64,000 nt of DNA from the NCBI RefSeq assembly GCF_001194135.2, contig NC_068984.1, positions 57,884,552 to 57,948,551 of the forward strand. The letters run 5' to 3'. Made by a program: the position numbers and the translations under genes. The DNA comes from Octopus bimaculoides. Its lineage: Eukaryota. Positions 1 to 12,796 of this stretch are shown one piece after another; within the stretch, counting starts at the first letter, position 1; each line of letters begins with the position of its first letter. The notes under the pieces are model-generated. The model searched no databases, was not told where the DNA came from, and saw only the letters and a program-made list of their open reading frames with translations.

Positions 1-350
1 TAGAAATAAGGCATCAGTGGTGCTTTTACCTGGCACGAACCCAAACTGCATCTCATCTAAATTGATTCGCTCCCTAATTAGTTGGGCTATGACTCTCTCT
101 GTAACTTTCATAACCTGATCTAACAGCTTGATGCCTCTGTAATTATTTGTATCTAAAGCGTCACCTTTACCTTTGTAGCAGTTGACTATGATGCTGCTAC
201 ACCAGTCATTGGGTATGACTCCTTCGTGTATCACCTGGTTCGTAATATGGGTGACTAGGCTATAGCCAACACTGCCAGATATTTTGAGCATCTCTGCAGT
301 GATTCCTGATGGGCCAGGGGCTTTCCCGGTCTTCATACTCTTAATTGCTT
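1..350 (-). mobile_element. RTE-clade LINE fragment (reverse transcriptase N-terminal region), intronic in IPO13
   Basis: Minus-strand translation KAIKSMKTGKAPGPSGITAEMLKISG...IPNDW...YKGKGDALDTNNYRGIKLLDQVMKVTERVIAQLIRERINLDEMQFGFVPGKSTTDALFL, typical non-LTR RT motifs. Confidence 0.9.
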
Positions 351-1313
351 TGGTTTGCAAAATTCAGAAATGGAGATTTCAGCCTTGAAGATTAAGATCA
401 AAGAGGACGTCCAGTTGAGTTTGATAAGCTCCTTGAGGCATTACTTGAATAAAATTCTGCATTATCAGTTGAAGAATTGGCAATAAAGCTTATTTCAAAC
501 CATACAACTGTTCATCGTCATTTTCAACAACTTGGAAAGGTTCCTAAACTTAGAAAATGGGTGCCTCATGAATTGTCTGAAAGCAACTGCAAATCCCGAG
601 TTGACATCTGCTCTTCTCTCCATGCTCACAAACTCATTTTACCCTTTTTGGATAGACTTGTGACTGGTGACAAAAAATGGATCTTCTATTGAAATGTTAA
701 ACGTTGTAAACAGTGGCTTGGAAAAAAAGCTCAACCACAACCGAGAAGGGAACTTCATGGGGAAAAAGGTTCTTCTCTCTATCTGGTGTGATTGCAAAGG
801 AGTAATTCACTTTGAATTGTTACTACCTAATGCAACAATCAATGCTCAAGTCTACTGTCAGCAATTAGAGTGTTTGAACCAAGCTTTGAAGAAAAAAAGA
901 CCCGCTTTAGTGAATCGAAAAGGAGTGATGTTTCATCAGGACAATGCGCGACCCCACACTGCAAAGATCAAATCACAGATGATCGAAGAGCTTGGTTGGG
1001 AAAAAATTCTTCATTCTCCTTATTCTCCTGACCTTGCTCCTTCAAACTACCGTTTGTTTTGTAGTTTATAGAATCATTTGGGGGACATAACTTTCACAAG
1101 CCAGGAGGAGGTCAAAACTGACATTTCAGTGTTCTTCACTTTGAAACCAAAAGTGTTTTACATTGATGGGATTAAAAAGCTTGTAAAATAGATGGAAGGA
1201 AGTCATAGATAATCAGGGAAAGTACATTGATGATTAAATTTCAATTAAATATAACATTTGATCACTTGTTTTCTTTATTCAAAATTCGGACAGAACTTAT
1301 GGGATGACCTGAT
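351..1313 (+). mobile_element. 5'-truncated, frameshifted mariner (DD34D) transposon
   Basis: WFAKFRNGDFSLED at 351, then ORFs 477-692 and 667-1071 with WVPHEL, VTGDKKW, HQDNARPH and YSPDLAPSNY. The 3' end (ttatgggatgacctga) resembles the TIR of the mariner at 45265. Confidence 0.92.
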
Positions 1314-2152
1314 GTATATCTCACCATGACTGGCAGTATTTTAACATCCACTTTTTCATGGCAACATGGGTTGGACAAAATATATTAAGGTGGATTTTAT
1401 ATGAGTGGATACCTTTCCTATCACCAACACTCACCTGTTTCCAAGTAAGGTAATATTTCTCCATGACCATGTACATTTTCACAAATGACTGGAAGCAAAG
1501 GACGCTGTTTGCATGATGGTGACATGTTTACAACTATCGTGCAATGTCAACCAAAGAGACAGTAACATACACACATAAATACAATAGACTTCAATCTTCT
1601 TGTCTTGACATCAAGTGATAGTTGTAAGTGAGTATCACCAGCATATCAGTGGTGTCCTTCAGTTTCAATCATCTGTGAAAACATATCCAATCAAAGAGAA
1701 ATATTACCTTGAAACAGGTGAGGGTTGGCAACTGGAAGGGCATCCACATGTAGAAAATCTGTCTTAATGGATTTTATTCAACCAATGTGAGCATGGAAAA
1801 GCAAACATTAAAACAACAATGATGTTGATGATGAAATAAATATTGCCAAGATCAACTACCTTTCATCATGATCAATAAAATATAAATAAAATATTGTGGT
1901 TGATATATGACAATAGCCTCTACTCAATTTGTGCTAATGAAACAAGGCATTATGTGTAAGACAGAGTAAAATTTTAGTACATAAAAGCACCACATAAGAA
2001 CCTATTTTGTATGTTATATTTTAAATTTAGTATTAATTTTTTCAAAAGTTAGTTATCTTGCTGTAGTCTCACTTCCTTAAATTTTTTTTAAGATATACAA
2101 TCAGTCAACAGTTTTTAAAAATATAACAAAATATTTAAAGAGAGTAACTCAC

Positions 2153-2211
2153 CAAAACTTGGATATTTTCTGGTGCAGGCAACTTGCAGCAAAAAACTGC
2201 ACTTCTGGACT
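2153..2211 (-). CDS. IPO13: Importin-13, coding exon 3 (gene continues off the left edge)
   Basis: AG acceptor at 2213-2212, GTGAG donor at 2152. Encodes SPEVQFFAASCLHQKISKF(W), matching IPO13 PEIQYFGASALHIKISRYW as recalled. Confidence 0.88.
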
Positions 2212-3398
2212 CTAAAGGATGAAAACAAAATAACAATTCAATTGAAAGATAAATAAAATAGTTTTAATAAATTCCTAATTAAATAAGGTAATTATATATT
2301 TTTTAGTTAAAATCATGCAGCAAAAACTAAGTAGAACATTAAAAGCTGAGTGTCAAGTTCAAGATAGTAATATTTCATGAAATGAATAAAGTTCAATCAA
2401 CAATAATACAATCTTTTCTCATAATTTGTCTGGAGTTGACAACCAAATTGCACCGTTTCATTAGACAATATTGATAAAAGCTTCCTTCTTGTTTAGTAAC
2501 TTGAAGCTAATTGTTGTCATTTTTGTTTCTTGTTGAATAGTCTGGGTCAGTTCTAAAGGTTTCCAATCAAATGCATGCAGCAAATTCATAGACCCTGTAT
2601 TCCCAGTAACTCATGAATTGCTGTACTGTATTGTCATTTGAGCTGCTTGATTTAATAATATAAATGTCTCCTAAATACAAGGGGCTTCCAAAGGTCACTG
2701 CTTGGAACCAGATTCTTGACATTAAAAATATGAGACAAATTTCCCCTTTGGCACAACACCAATCTATTACAATTAACATTCTTAGAAGATATGGTATATA
2801 TTCCCAACTGTTCATTTCATCCTTCTTTACGTTTTGAGTTCAAATTTCGCTAAGATCAGGTTTGCCTTTCATCCTCTTGGGATCGATAAAATAAAATCAA
2901 TGTAAGTGGCTTATCCTCAACCCCGAACTTACTGGCCTTGTGTTGAAATTTGAGACCAATATATTCCCAACTATTTAGTTCACGAACATATATAGTTAAG
3001 GCAAATATGCAATGAAATACCAGCAGTGAATTTGAAGTCAAGGTTTATGAGCTGGTAGTCTAATACCAAATTCACTCAGCCATTATGCACTTGCTCAATA
3101 TGGCAATTACATTTGCAAACCTCAGAACAATATGTTCACAGTAAAGATAAAATGATCAGTCACAGTTAGCACAGTCTTTCAAATCAGAATACTGTTTGAA
3201 CATAATATGACAAAAGTTACTCAAGCAAACATTTGTTCTAACGATACAAGAAATACACTACAAAACTTTGACTATGAACAGTGGTAAGCATATCTAAAAC
3301 AAATGTCCATTATTATGATACTACTAACATTACCAATTATATTAAAGAAGCTATTAAAGAACCAAAGGTAATAAATTCAGGTAAATTAGTTACTGTAC

Positions 3399-3518
3399 CT
3401 GGTTAGGGTCAAGAAGTTGCCAAACAAATACCCATGCTTCAGGTGCTACCCGGGCTTTAGTTAGCCAAGTATGAACTTGAGGTTTCTGATCAGAACTGAA
3501 ATAGAATTGGCTCACAGC
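3399..3518 (-). CDS. IPO13: Importin-13, coding exon 2
   Basis: 120 nt, phase 0/0, AG/GT flanks. AVSQFYFSSDQKPQVHTWLTKARVAPEAWVFVWQLLDPNQ aligns with IPO13 ALHQLYYDPN...AQKWLMQAQVSPQAWHFSWQLLQPDK. Confidence 0.9.
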
Positions 3519-4138
3519 CTAAAAGAATGAAATATTAACAAACAACTCATTATTATATGGTGTTTGAACATTTCATATATATAAATGATAAAAGATGAAA
3601 TAGTGATGTTTTGGCTATTAAATATTATATTATTCTGCTCTTTGTATTGAGTAATGGTCAGTCACTCACACACATATATAAATATATATACATATATTTA
3701 TATATGACAAAACCATTAGCACATATATATGCATATGTGTGTGTACATATTTCTTTTTCTTAGAGAAAATATTTTGATGAGTATTTTGCATCATATTCCA
3801 TATTTATATGAGAAAGGAAAATAATTAAATCAATACATAACTTATATATACAAATGATATTTACTTAGATTTGACTGCTTGAGAGGATTAATGATTTCAG
3901 AAACAAATTTGGACCTTTGCTTAATATGAAAATGATTAAGTGACAAAAAAAAAAAAGTTAGACCTAAAAATCACCGAAAGGGAACTTTTATGTTGTTAGT
4001 TTAAACTGTTCACACTTTGCAACAGTCAATGGTAAGTATTACTAATTATAATGAAGAAATAAGTGTTTTTCAGTGGTAATTTTTCTCATGCTTAGTTTAC
4101 AAACATAAGTATGTAGAGATCCTCAAGTTACAACAAAC

Positions 4139-4168
4139 CTGTATAACATTACTTGATGTAAATTCCAT
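4139..4168 (-). CDS. IPO13: Importin-13, first coding exon
   Basis: ATG at 4168, MEFTSSNVIQ then GT donor at 4138. In phase with exon 2 and similar to IPO13 DFTVENVEK. Candidate acceptor at about 4192. Confidence 0.78.
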
Positions 4169-6427
4169 TTTTCAGAACAGCTCCATTATCTCTATTAATA
4201 GAAATAGTTGCAATGAGTATTTCAATACAGACATGTTACACTTATTTTAAAAAGTAATATTAACTTACACACAAAATCATTTACAAACCAAGACACAAAG
4301 AAATTTCTAGTAACATTATTTTTTCATGTCTAAATGTATACTATCCAATCTCAAAATCATTAAAAAAAATAATTTAAAAGATAAGGCAAGCCACATTATT
4401 CTGGTCTCTATCAATCATGAGAATAAAGAATAAGAAGATTCAAAACTAAGATCTATTGCTGCAATTATAACTTGTCAGAAATTGAGCATTTTTAAAAGAA
4501 TTAGTTCTTTAATTTAACGTGCTAGGGGTATGAGCATACTCTCTTTTGGGGAGACGAATGAAGTAACTTTTAACTAGGTATGAATTGAACCCAAGATATG
4601 ATGATACGATAAAGATGGTACCTACCAAGTAATATTCCTAACATTGTTAGCAGAATCTATAACATTAAACAAGAATTGGTTTTAGTCTGAAGTACGAGTT
4701 TTAATGTCTATATGACTTCAGGAAACTACGAAGTAAGGCTATGGTAGATAACTATGTGTTTAAGTTCTTATAGTGACCTAAACATATTGCAATTACCGAG
4801 ATGTGTTTAAAAAAATTACGGTGAAATTGAAGTAGAGTTCTATCAGAATATGGTGGTTTCGACCTTTTAGCCTTCTAGAATAGCTCTGTATGCTTGTAAA
4901 GTGTATTTATTATTATGCTAACTTATATAAAACAATTAAAATTTGTTTATTCAAATGACAAAATAGTTTCATGCAGAAATGCAATGGAAGGTTATAGAGA
5001 TGGGACAAAACGATTGCAATACAACGTTGTTATAAATATACATGATTGAATGACAAACGTAATTCGGCCAATAACACAGCCTTCGATAAATATTCTTACT
5101 TCTTATACAATGAGATGACTTCGTACAAAAACTTCTTGAGATTAAGTAATACCTTACAAAACTTTCCCGTTAGACTGACCAAATTCCTTAATACTTCCTT
5201 TTCTTCGTACCCCTCTTCCCAGAAATAATTCTCGTCTTAAATGGAGTTGAAATTGAATTCCCTTAAAAAAAAAACATTGCCTTGAAATTGCAACCGCTAC
5301 ATCCTACACACTTTACTGGGGGAAAAAATCGATAAGATTCTGCATCCTTGTGGTACGTCCTGGAGAACAGATGACGTACAAAACATTGTTATTAGCAGTA
5401 AATAGCAAACAATAGTAATTTTTTGTTCTCCACTTTATCTATGTACCATATGTAACGAAAGTGTCTGCATATTAAAGTAGCACGTAATAAAGTTAATCAG
5501 GTTTTTAGAATGTTCGTAATTAATTCCAGTTTCGGTGATAATTATAATTACACTATAACGTATGTTTAGTCTCCTACGGAAAGAGAGACCTATATCCGAA
5601 TGTAAACATGTAACAGATAATCACATAGCCGATTTAAACACAAACGAGTCCGGCTGTCGATAGGATGTCAAAATGTAAACAAGTATTATTTCTTTAATAA
5701 ACAACTTGATAACATTTACAATCTGAAGATCATACACTTATTACTAACATATATAATAGCTGCATATATAAGCTAGGAACAGTCTGGTGTCTATGATTAA
5801 ATCTTATTTACTAAAGGAAAATTAACAAAAATCATATTTAAAATTAAGGGAAAAATACTATTTTTTGTTTTCTATTCAAAATGTTTCTTTGTTTTACAAT
5901 ACTGAATTCTCCTTCACGTATACTTATTGTATCATATTTTTTCGTGGCTGATGATAAAAACAAAGTTTAAAACAGACTACAAAATGTGTTTGTAATATGT
6001 CTATGTAAAAACTACATCGAAATTACATATGTTAATCTAAGTATGAAAACAGTAATTTCTAAACGACCTGAAATATAAATGCCGCATTGAGAAGTAAACA
6101 ACATTTACATATCGGATAAATGTGTGTGCGTGTGTGAGTGTTCTGTATGTAATTTACTCAGCTGTTTGTAAATGAAAAAGAAAGAAGCTTGGTAACAAAC
6201 AAAATACCGCATGGATCAATGTACAAGAGAAATTTAATTAAAGAATAGTTTAAGTATCTCAGAATAAATAACAAAGGAAATGTACCTTAATGACAAGAAA
6301 ATACGCTTAAAAGTAATTAGAAGTGATATAAATGTAAGAAAAGGCTGGGAAACTTAAGTCGGAATACCATAAGATGTCTCCCCACCTAAGTGTTCTCAGT
6401 CGTTTCATTATCACAATCTACACTCAC

Positions 6428-6520
6428 TTCCGTTTGCTGCTTTCTTTCTCATTTGTCTTCAGTTTCCCCCACCTTCAGGAGTGTGGACATTGGAAAACCT
6501 GAATTACTTCCCTTGTTTTA
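6428..6520 (-). promoter_or_regulatory. Candidate non-coding 5' exon / promoter region of IPO13
   Basis: Strong minus-strand donor GAA|GTGAGT at 6427, overlapping an ETS-like CGGAAGTG. CpG-richer sequence and three GTAAACA forkhead-like sites (5602, 5675, 6094) lie nearby. The upstream boundary is a guess. Confidence 0.3.
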
Positions 6521-8439
6521 ATTAGCAATCAGACAATTAATTTCATTTAATGCGTCATTTAGAGACAGTGCTTATTATTAATATAAATTTATGTTATATC
6601 TCAATCAGAAAAACGTATCAATAAGTTTTAGGGAAAATGAATTCAATGTTTTGTTACTGAAGGCAAATAAGTTGAAGCAAAACAAAATAATTTTGTGTAC
6701 ATAAAAATCAATGTACTTTACTTGATTTCGTTTATTTATTATTATTAATTTTTTTTTGCACACTAGAGTAGACAGCTTGCCTTTTCAGATATGTGCTGTA
6801 GTTGGGGAAATATTCTGATGTAAAATAAGTATAGGAAAATCTCAGTAGGTACATATAAAACTAATGGAGAGGAAAAGTGTTTGAAAAAATGGGGCTACTT
6901 AAAATTTTCATAGTCCAAAGGAAAGTATTTGAAATGAGTAAAGAAGGTTAAAACTTTGGATACATTAAAAAAAAAACATCTCCATAATTGATAAAAATAA
7001 GAAAATAATGAAGGATGGAAAATAAATGAGCAAGGTTGAAATACTATGCAAAGCAAGCGAAAGAAAGAGACAATGAACCACCATGAAGCAAATCAAAAGT
7101 CAAGGTTAAAGTCCTTTCAATTTGACCTCAACTTCACTGATTCCATATTTATAATCAATGAATTAAATAACAAAGGCAGCGAACTAGCAGACTTGTTAGC
7201 ACACCAGTCAAAATGCTTTGCAGCATTTCTTCTGGTTTTACACCATAAGATCAAATTCCACTGAGGTCAACATTGCCTTCCATTCTTTCAGGATTAATAA
7301 AATTAAGATCAGTTGACCACTGGGATTGGTGTGAAATTTCAAGCCTTGTGTATATAGAAGAAAGCAATGAATTAACAATTTAAAAAAATATTCTTGATAT
7401 TTTCCAGTGAGGACAGTCTTTCCATAAAGTACAGTATAGTAAAGAAAAAATAATAATCATATTAATGTTTATGTAAAGTAGTATAATGCATGTGAAAATG
7501 AGGTGCTAGATTTCTAGCTCATAAGTTTGAATCTTACAACAATTGTGTCTTGCTCTAAGCCAGTTGATCTGACAGTCGATTAGCAGGTTCCACCTTACAA
7601 CAATTAGATGTCTAGCAGAAGAAAGGGCATCTGGTTGTGTAAACTTCTACAACAAAATTACCACATCCATGCAAGCATGGAAAAATGAATGTAAAACAGA
7701 ATATACTTTATAAACATAACTGAGACTGATAAATTTGAAAATCAAATAGTTCATAAAATATATCTGGAGCTAAACATCAACAGCAAATGGGAATTAAAAA
7801 AACTGACTGAATGTCACAAACTCACAATTTTTTGATCATATTTCATCTACACATTTAACTATAACACATACACACACACCAATACCCCACACACCACTCT
7901 TCTTCCATACTTGCACACCTCTACCCACATTCACATGCATCACAAAAACACACACACATACACACCACATTGCCGAAACAAAGTATTAAATCCAATAAAA
8001 ATTAAAAGTAACTAAAAACAATGACACATCTGGTGACCAAAACTTTCCTCTACCTAGCATTCCCTTTTGTGAACCACTAAAACAACAACCCCATGACCTG
8101 AAGCTGACACACCTAAATAGACACACTTGTTTACAAAGTTCTACATGCATAAATAAATTCTGAACAAAAGCATAAACCCACATTTAATCAATAAAAAATT
8201 TTTCATATCCCTCCATCACAACTCATCCTATAATCTAATTACCACTCAACTGAGCTCAGTAAACTCTAGAAAAAATTTATTGTAACATAGACTATATAAA
8301 GCCAAGATTAACTTAATGAATCACAGTCCAACGATAGCTTAGCTAGCTGAAACTTGGGAGTTACTGCCAATATTATTCTAGTTAAAGAATAATGTGTGTA
8401 TATATATATATTAAAACAAAAAGTTAAATTCTGGCCATA

Positions 8440-10055
8440 GAGTTACCAAAGGTCTCATATCCGCAAAAGCCACAGCCTTATGGACAGTTCGTCAGACTCT
8501 ATAAAAAGACAAAAAAAACCTACCACACAGACAATGTTTGCGATCTTATCGAACTGTGCATCCAGAACATCTTAGGGAAGAGGTTTCCTTCAGTCCTCTT
8601 TGGTCTCTACAGATATGACACCCTAGCCAACAGGCACACACTAGATAGACTTTGAAAGAACCTAATTAGCACCCTAAGCTCAATAGGACTCAAGATTCCC
8701 ATTGAGACTAACCTTACCACGGTAGATTTCCTAGATGTTACTTTAGATCTTGGCTCTGGTACATACAGGCCCTATCACAAGCCAAATGAGAAGCCATCCT
8801 ATATTAGCACAACCTTCTGCCACCTCCTTATAGCGTTCAAGAACCTAGTGAAGGGTGTAAGCAAGAGGGTCTCGAATATATCCTCTAACCAAGATGTCTT
8901 TGATGCTAGTGCCCCCTACTACAACAAGGTACTGGCATTGAGTAGGTTTAAGGGCTGCATCTCCTACATGCCAGGCCCTAACACCCAGAAAAAGAAGTGC
9001 CATAGAAATGCAGTTTGGTTTGCTCCACCCTTTTCACTCAATGTCAAGACTTGTGTGGGAAGGATTTTATTTAGATTAATAGATAAACATTTCAGACACA
9101 CACATAGACACAGGCAATTATTTAACAGGCACAACCTTTCGTTGTGCACCTAACATAACAAGCATTCTAACAAGCACCCACAATACAAGGGGAGGCAGGT
9201 TGCTCTTGGAGGGTATACAATAACTGTCCAGTAGGAGGCTGATGTGAGGTCGAAAAAGTCATCTATGAAGCTACGGTGACACCTAGACTTGCTATCCGCA
9301 TTACCAGCAATGTACCACCCAACAGCAAAAATAGCAGATTAACCAGTTCTCACACCAGTACAATTCCCACAGCCAGGGATGATGACTAGTCTGGGACCAG
9401 TGACACAGAGTACCACTGCCACAGATGATGAACAAACCATTATCATTAACACCAATAGTGTAACCAGCTCTGCACCATATATTACCACCAGTACAATCGC
9501 CACACCCAGAGATGATGACCAATCCAGGACCAGCGACACAGAGGAGGTATCCAGTGTCCCCAGTATCACAACCACAGACAATGACGAAACAATTATCATT
9601 GACACCAGTGGGATGACCAGCCCTGCACCATATGTTACCTCCAGCCACACCCACACTAATGCTGGCAGCTACATTGCCAACCATATAACTAGAAATGATA
9701 ACCACAGCGATAACATGACTGGATCATTGCGCTATATTGACAACGTCAGCAATGGTGTTACCAACAGCATCTCCATGCCTGGAGCCTACCAGAGATATAC
9801 CAGGAGTGTGAATATAGCCACATCCCAGGTTTGTAAATATATCAGATCAGCCAGTACATCTTTCAAACATTGCTCCCACAACCACCAGTCATCCTTCAGA
9901 GTCCCAGAAACACATTTTGTCATGTCCCAGACCAGCCATGTATGGAACCTCAAAGATCAAGGGACCCCCATGTGCTATCAAGGGGAAAACAGTAGAACAT
10001 CCAGGCCCATATATTAATGGCAGTGAACTAGGTTCGATAAAATTGATTATATTGT
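8440..10055 (+). mobile_element. Degenerate Penelope-like element (RT C-terminal half plus GIY-YIG endonuclease)
   Basis: GLYRYD (GLYRDD-like), TVDFLDVTLDL, YRPYHKPN, RNAVWFAPPFSLNVKT...LIDKHF, NCPVGG*C..VIYEATVT, then KYIRSASTSFKH..HNHQSSFR..HVWNLKDQG..GPYINGS. Several stops and frameshifts. Confidence 0.85.
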
Positions 10056-11545
10056 AGTGACACCTGGTTCTGGATGCCATTTTGATTTGTCATATTTTGT
10101 GCCACATTTTGCGGGTGATTGGTAGCCATCTTGTTTCTGGCGCCACTACAATCTTTCTATTTTCGTGCTTCTGCACTCCAGGCGGAGCCTTGTAGTGACG
10201 GTTGGTTCTGGATGCCATTTTGGAACATTCATCCACACATGCGCAAAGGATTAGAGCTTTCTGGAGATCTGACAGAAGCCCTTTATGCACATGTGCAATC
10301 ATCATCAGCAGCTAGGTTTGATCACCATTCACCCTTTTTGGCCCCGGCTGTTGACCAGGCAGGACACAGCTGAGACCAGCTCTGTGGAGCTGGAATTCTG
10401 ATGGTGAGCGACGTTGCGAGTCTGTGAAAATGCCTTTGTATTTTTGTGTTGTGTCTAACTACCAACCCTGCTGCTTCCACACCAAGGCATTCAGGCCACT
10501 GATGTCCAAAGATGAGATGTTTATTCAGACAAAATAGATTATCATTGTTATTTGTTGAAAGAGATCCCGTCCTCACTTTTTCCTTCCATGAACTATGCAT
10601 GGAATTGTGAAGCACCCAGCAAGTGCAAATCACATTTTCCTACAATATCCACTCCAAAATCTGTGACAATGTGCCTTCGTGGAAAATAGCTTTTACAGTT
10701 TTTAACTCCGCATTACATTCACTTTCATTTTCACTCAACTTTTTATATCATTAACTTTACATTTCTACCCATAGAGTACAAATATTTAACAAAACCCATG
10801 TTCTAAATGCAGTAGGCAATTCTAATTACGACAAAACGAAGAAATCATCATAGAAGCTTTATGAATATATTTTTGCATATCTTCAAACAACAGAGTCTTA
10901 CAGATGCTTATATCAAAATGCTGAATGTTGTCCTTAAGAGATTCTGACAATTAAAGAAACTTTGATGATCAATGTTCACCTTTCAAATAACAGTTTTAAA
11001 GTAAAAATTAGCTGTAGTTTAGCTTGGATTCGGGCTCACTTTCCGTTTACTGTTTGGGTAATTTCTCTAATATTACGTTATTTAATGCCCTTGAAATAAG
11101 TGTGACCTTCAATACAGATGAGAAACAAATCTCCTCTTGGATAGGAAGCTCGTGTATTGTAATAACATTCATCAGAAGTACAACGTCGTAAATTAGTGGA
11201 TATAAATAGAAACATCTGTATTGTAATATAACACCCGAACTAGTTATCCTTAATCATATCACTATTTTGGGGTGAAAAGAAAATTAAAAGGAACAAAATA
11301 AAGAAACGAAAGTTAAAAATAAAAATCACCTGCTTGAAAGTTTAAAATATGTAAGGGAGATAATTACCAAGATTCATTTACAGCAGAAATTAATATTTCC
11401 ATCTGCTTCATTTAGCGACGTATTTATGACTTACCTGGAAACTAAAATTACTGATTGTTTAGAATTTTATGCATATTTTTAGATAATGCCATTCCTAGTG
11501 TTAATCGTGAACTGAAAATCAAATAATTACAACTCAGGTGTAAAG

Positions 11546-11672
11546 ATGGCGACTGATATTTTGCAAACGAAAATTTCACAGTTGCTAGGTCAAAGATACT
11601 TCAAGAAGTCTGTATTAGTGCGGTTTCTTTTATTTTTGATATTACTTATCATATGGATCTCTGTTAATGGAG
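11546..11672 (+). CDS. FAM151B: FAM151/menorin-family protein, exon 1 (signal anchor)
   Basis: ATG in a good context (AAGATGG). MATDILQTKISQLLGQRYFKKSVLVRFLLFLILLIIWISVNG, with G|GTAAAT donor, phase 1 matching exon 2. The four exons join to 1644 nt (547 aa plus stop). The symbol is family-level; orthology is not established. Confidence 0.78.
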
Positions 11673-12540
11673 GTAAATATAGCTTTTTGTGTTGTTAATG
11701 TTAAGGAAATATAACTAATTAACCAGTTGATCCACTTGATCAAAAACATACATATCACACGTACGTAGTGTGCATGTTTACGTATGAGATATTTAGTCCC
11801 ACTTAGCTCCGTCCGAGCGGAACTATGATCAAAACTATTCTAACCGTGAACACCCCGTCTTTCTTAGAAGGTATTAATAGGATCACACTGTTCAATGTGT
11901 TCATTTTTAAGATAGTAGGCTGCGGTTTAAGGAAGATTTGATTGCTATTTCTAGAAAGTCGAACGACTACATAGTAGCCTCTCATGTTGAACATGTTGCT
12001 CATCTATCAATTACAATTAGTTTTGATATTAAAACTATTTCAGTTCTCATAATTTTCATAATTTTACTACAATTACTTATAAAAGATCTCCTTAATATAA
12101 CGAAATGTCATTTACATTAATTAATGTAATTCACAGTAAACCAACATCATCATTAGTATTAAATTACATTTTGAAAAAGGTAAAAAAAATTAGTCTAGGG
12201 TTTGTGCAAAGCTTCGTAATCATCAGGATCTTTTTTTCTTTTTTCAAAATGATTGTACAATGCCAGCCAGAAATTCTTTGCTCCATTCTATTCTTTGTTG
12301 GCTTTTTTAACATCGTAGTCTATTACCATAAGGAAATGGATAAAGAACGCTACCTGTCCGTCAAACTCTGTAATTGCACTTCGAATTTGTTAGCTTCTGG
12401 CATTTTCAACTATAACTTTTGTCTCTACCTTTAAACCCACGATGAAAATATATATGCACTACATTTGTTGGCAACTTAAACTATTTCAGTTCTAAAAAGT
12501 GCGGGCAACTTTATGAGCAGGCTTTAGATAGAGAATATTT

Positions 12541-12796
12541 CGGTACTACTAAAGCAGCACGGTCCCGAACGCGCAGTGGCACGTCCGCGCTAGCTAGTCG
12601 TGAGTGGTCGATCCTAACCCTAACCCTAACCCTAACCCTATCCCTATCCCTAACCCTATCCCTAACCCTAACCCTATCCCTAACCGCGTGTGCAAATGAA
12701 TACGTGTTTAGGGTTAGGGTTAGGATCGACCACTCACGACTAGCTAGCGCGGACGCGCCACTGCGCGTTCGGGACGGTGCTGCTTTAGTAGTACCG
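12541..12796. mobile_element. 256-bp foldback/MITE with 89-bp TIRs and internal telomeric repeats
   Basis: 12541-12629 is the reverse complement of 12708-12796 with 2 mismatches. (CCCTAA/CCCTAT)n at 12613-12685. AATATTT directly flanks both ends. Confidence 0.85.

Noticed and set aside
9379-10017. 212-aa Thr-rich ORF as a stand-alone mucin-like gene
   Set aside because: Its C-terminal third is the YIG half of the Penelope endonuclease, and its ATG lies in a frameshifted repeat unit.
10250-10320. Possible hammerhead ribozyme beside the PLE (CTGATGA on the minus strand at about 10307-10301)
   Set aside because: No stem II or properly placed GAAA could be paired by eye.
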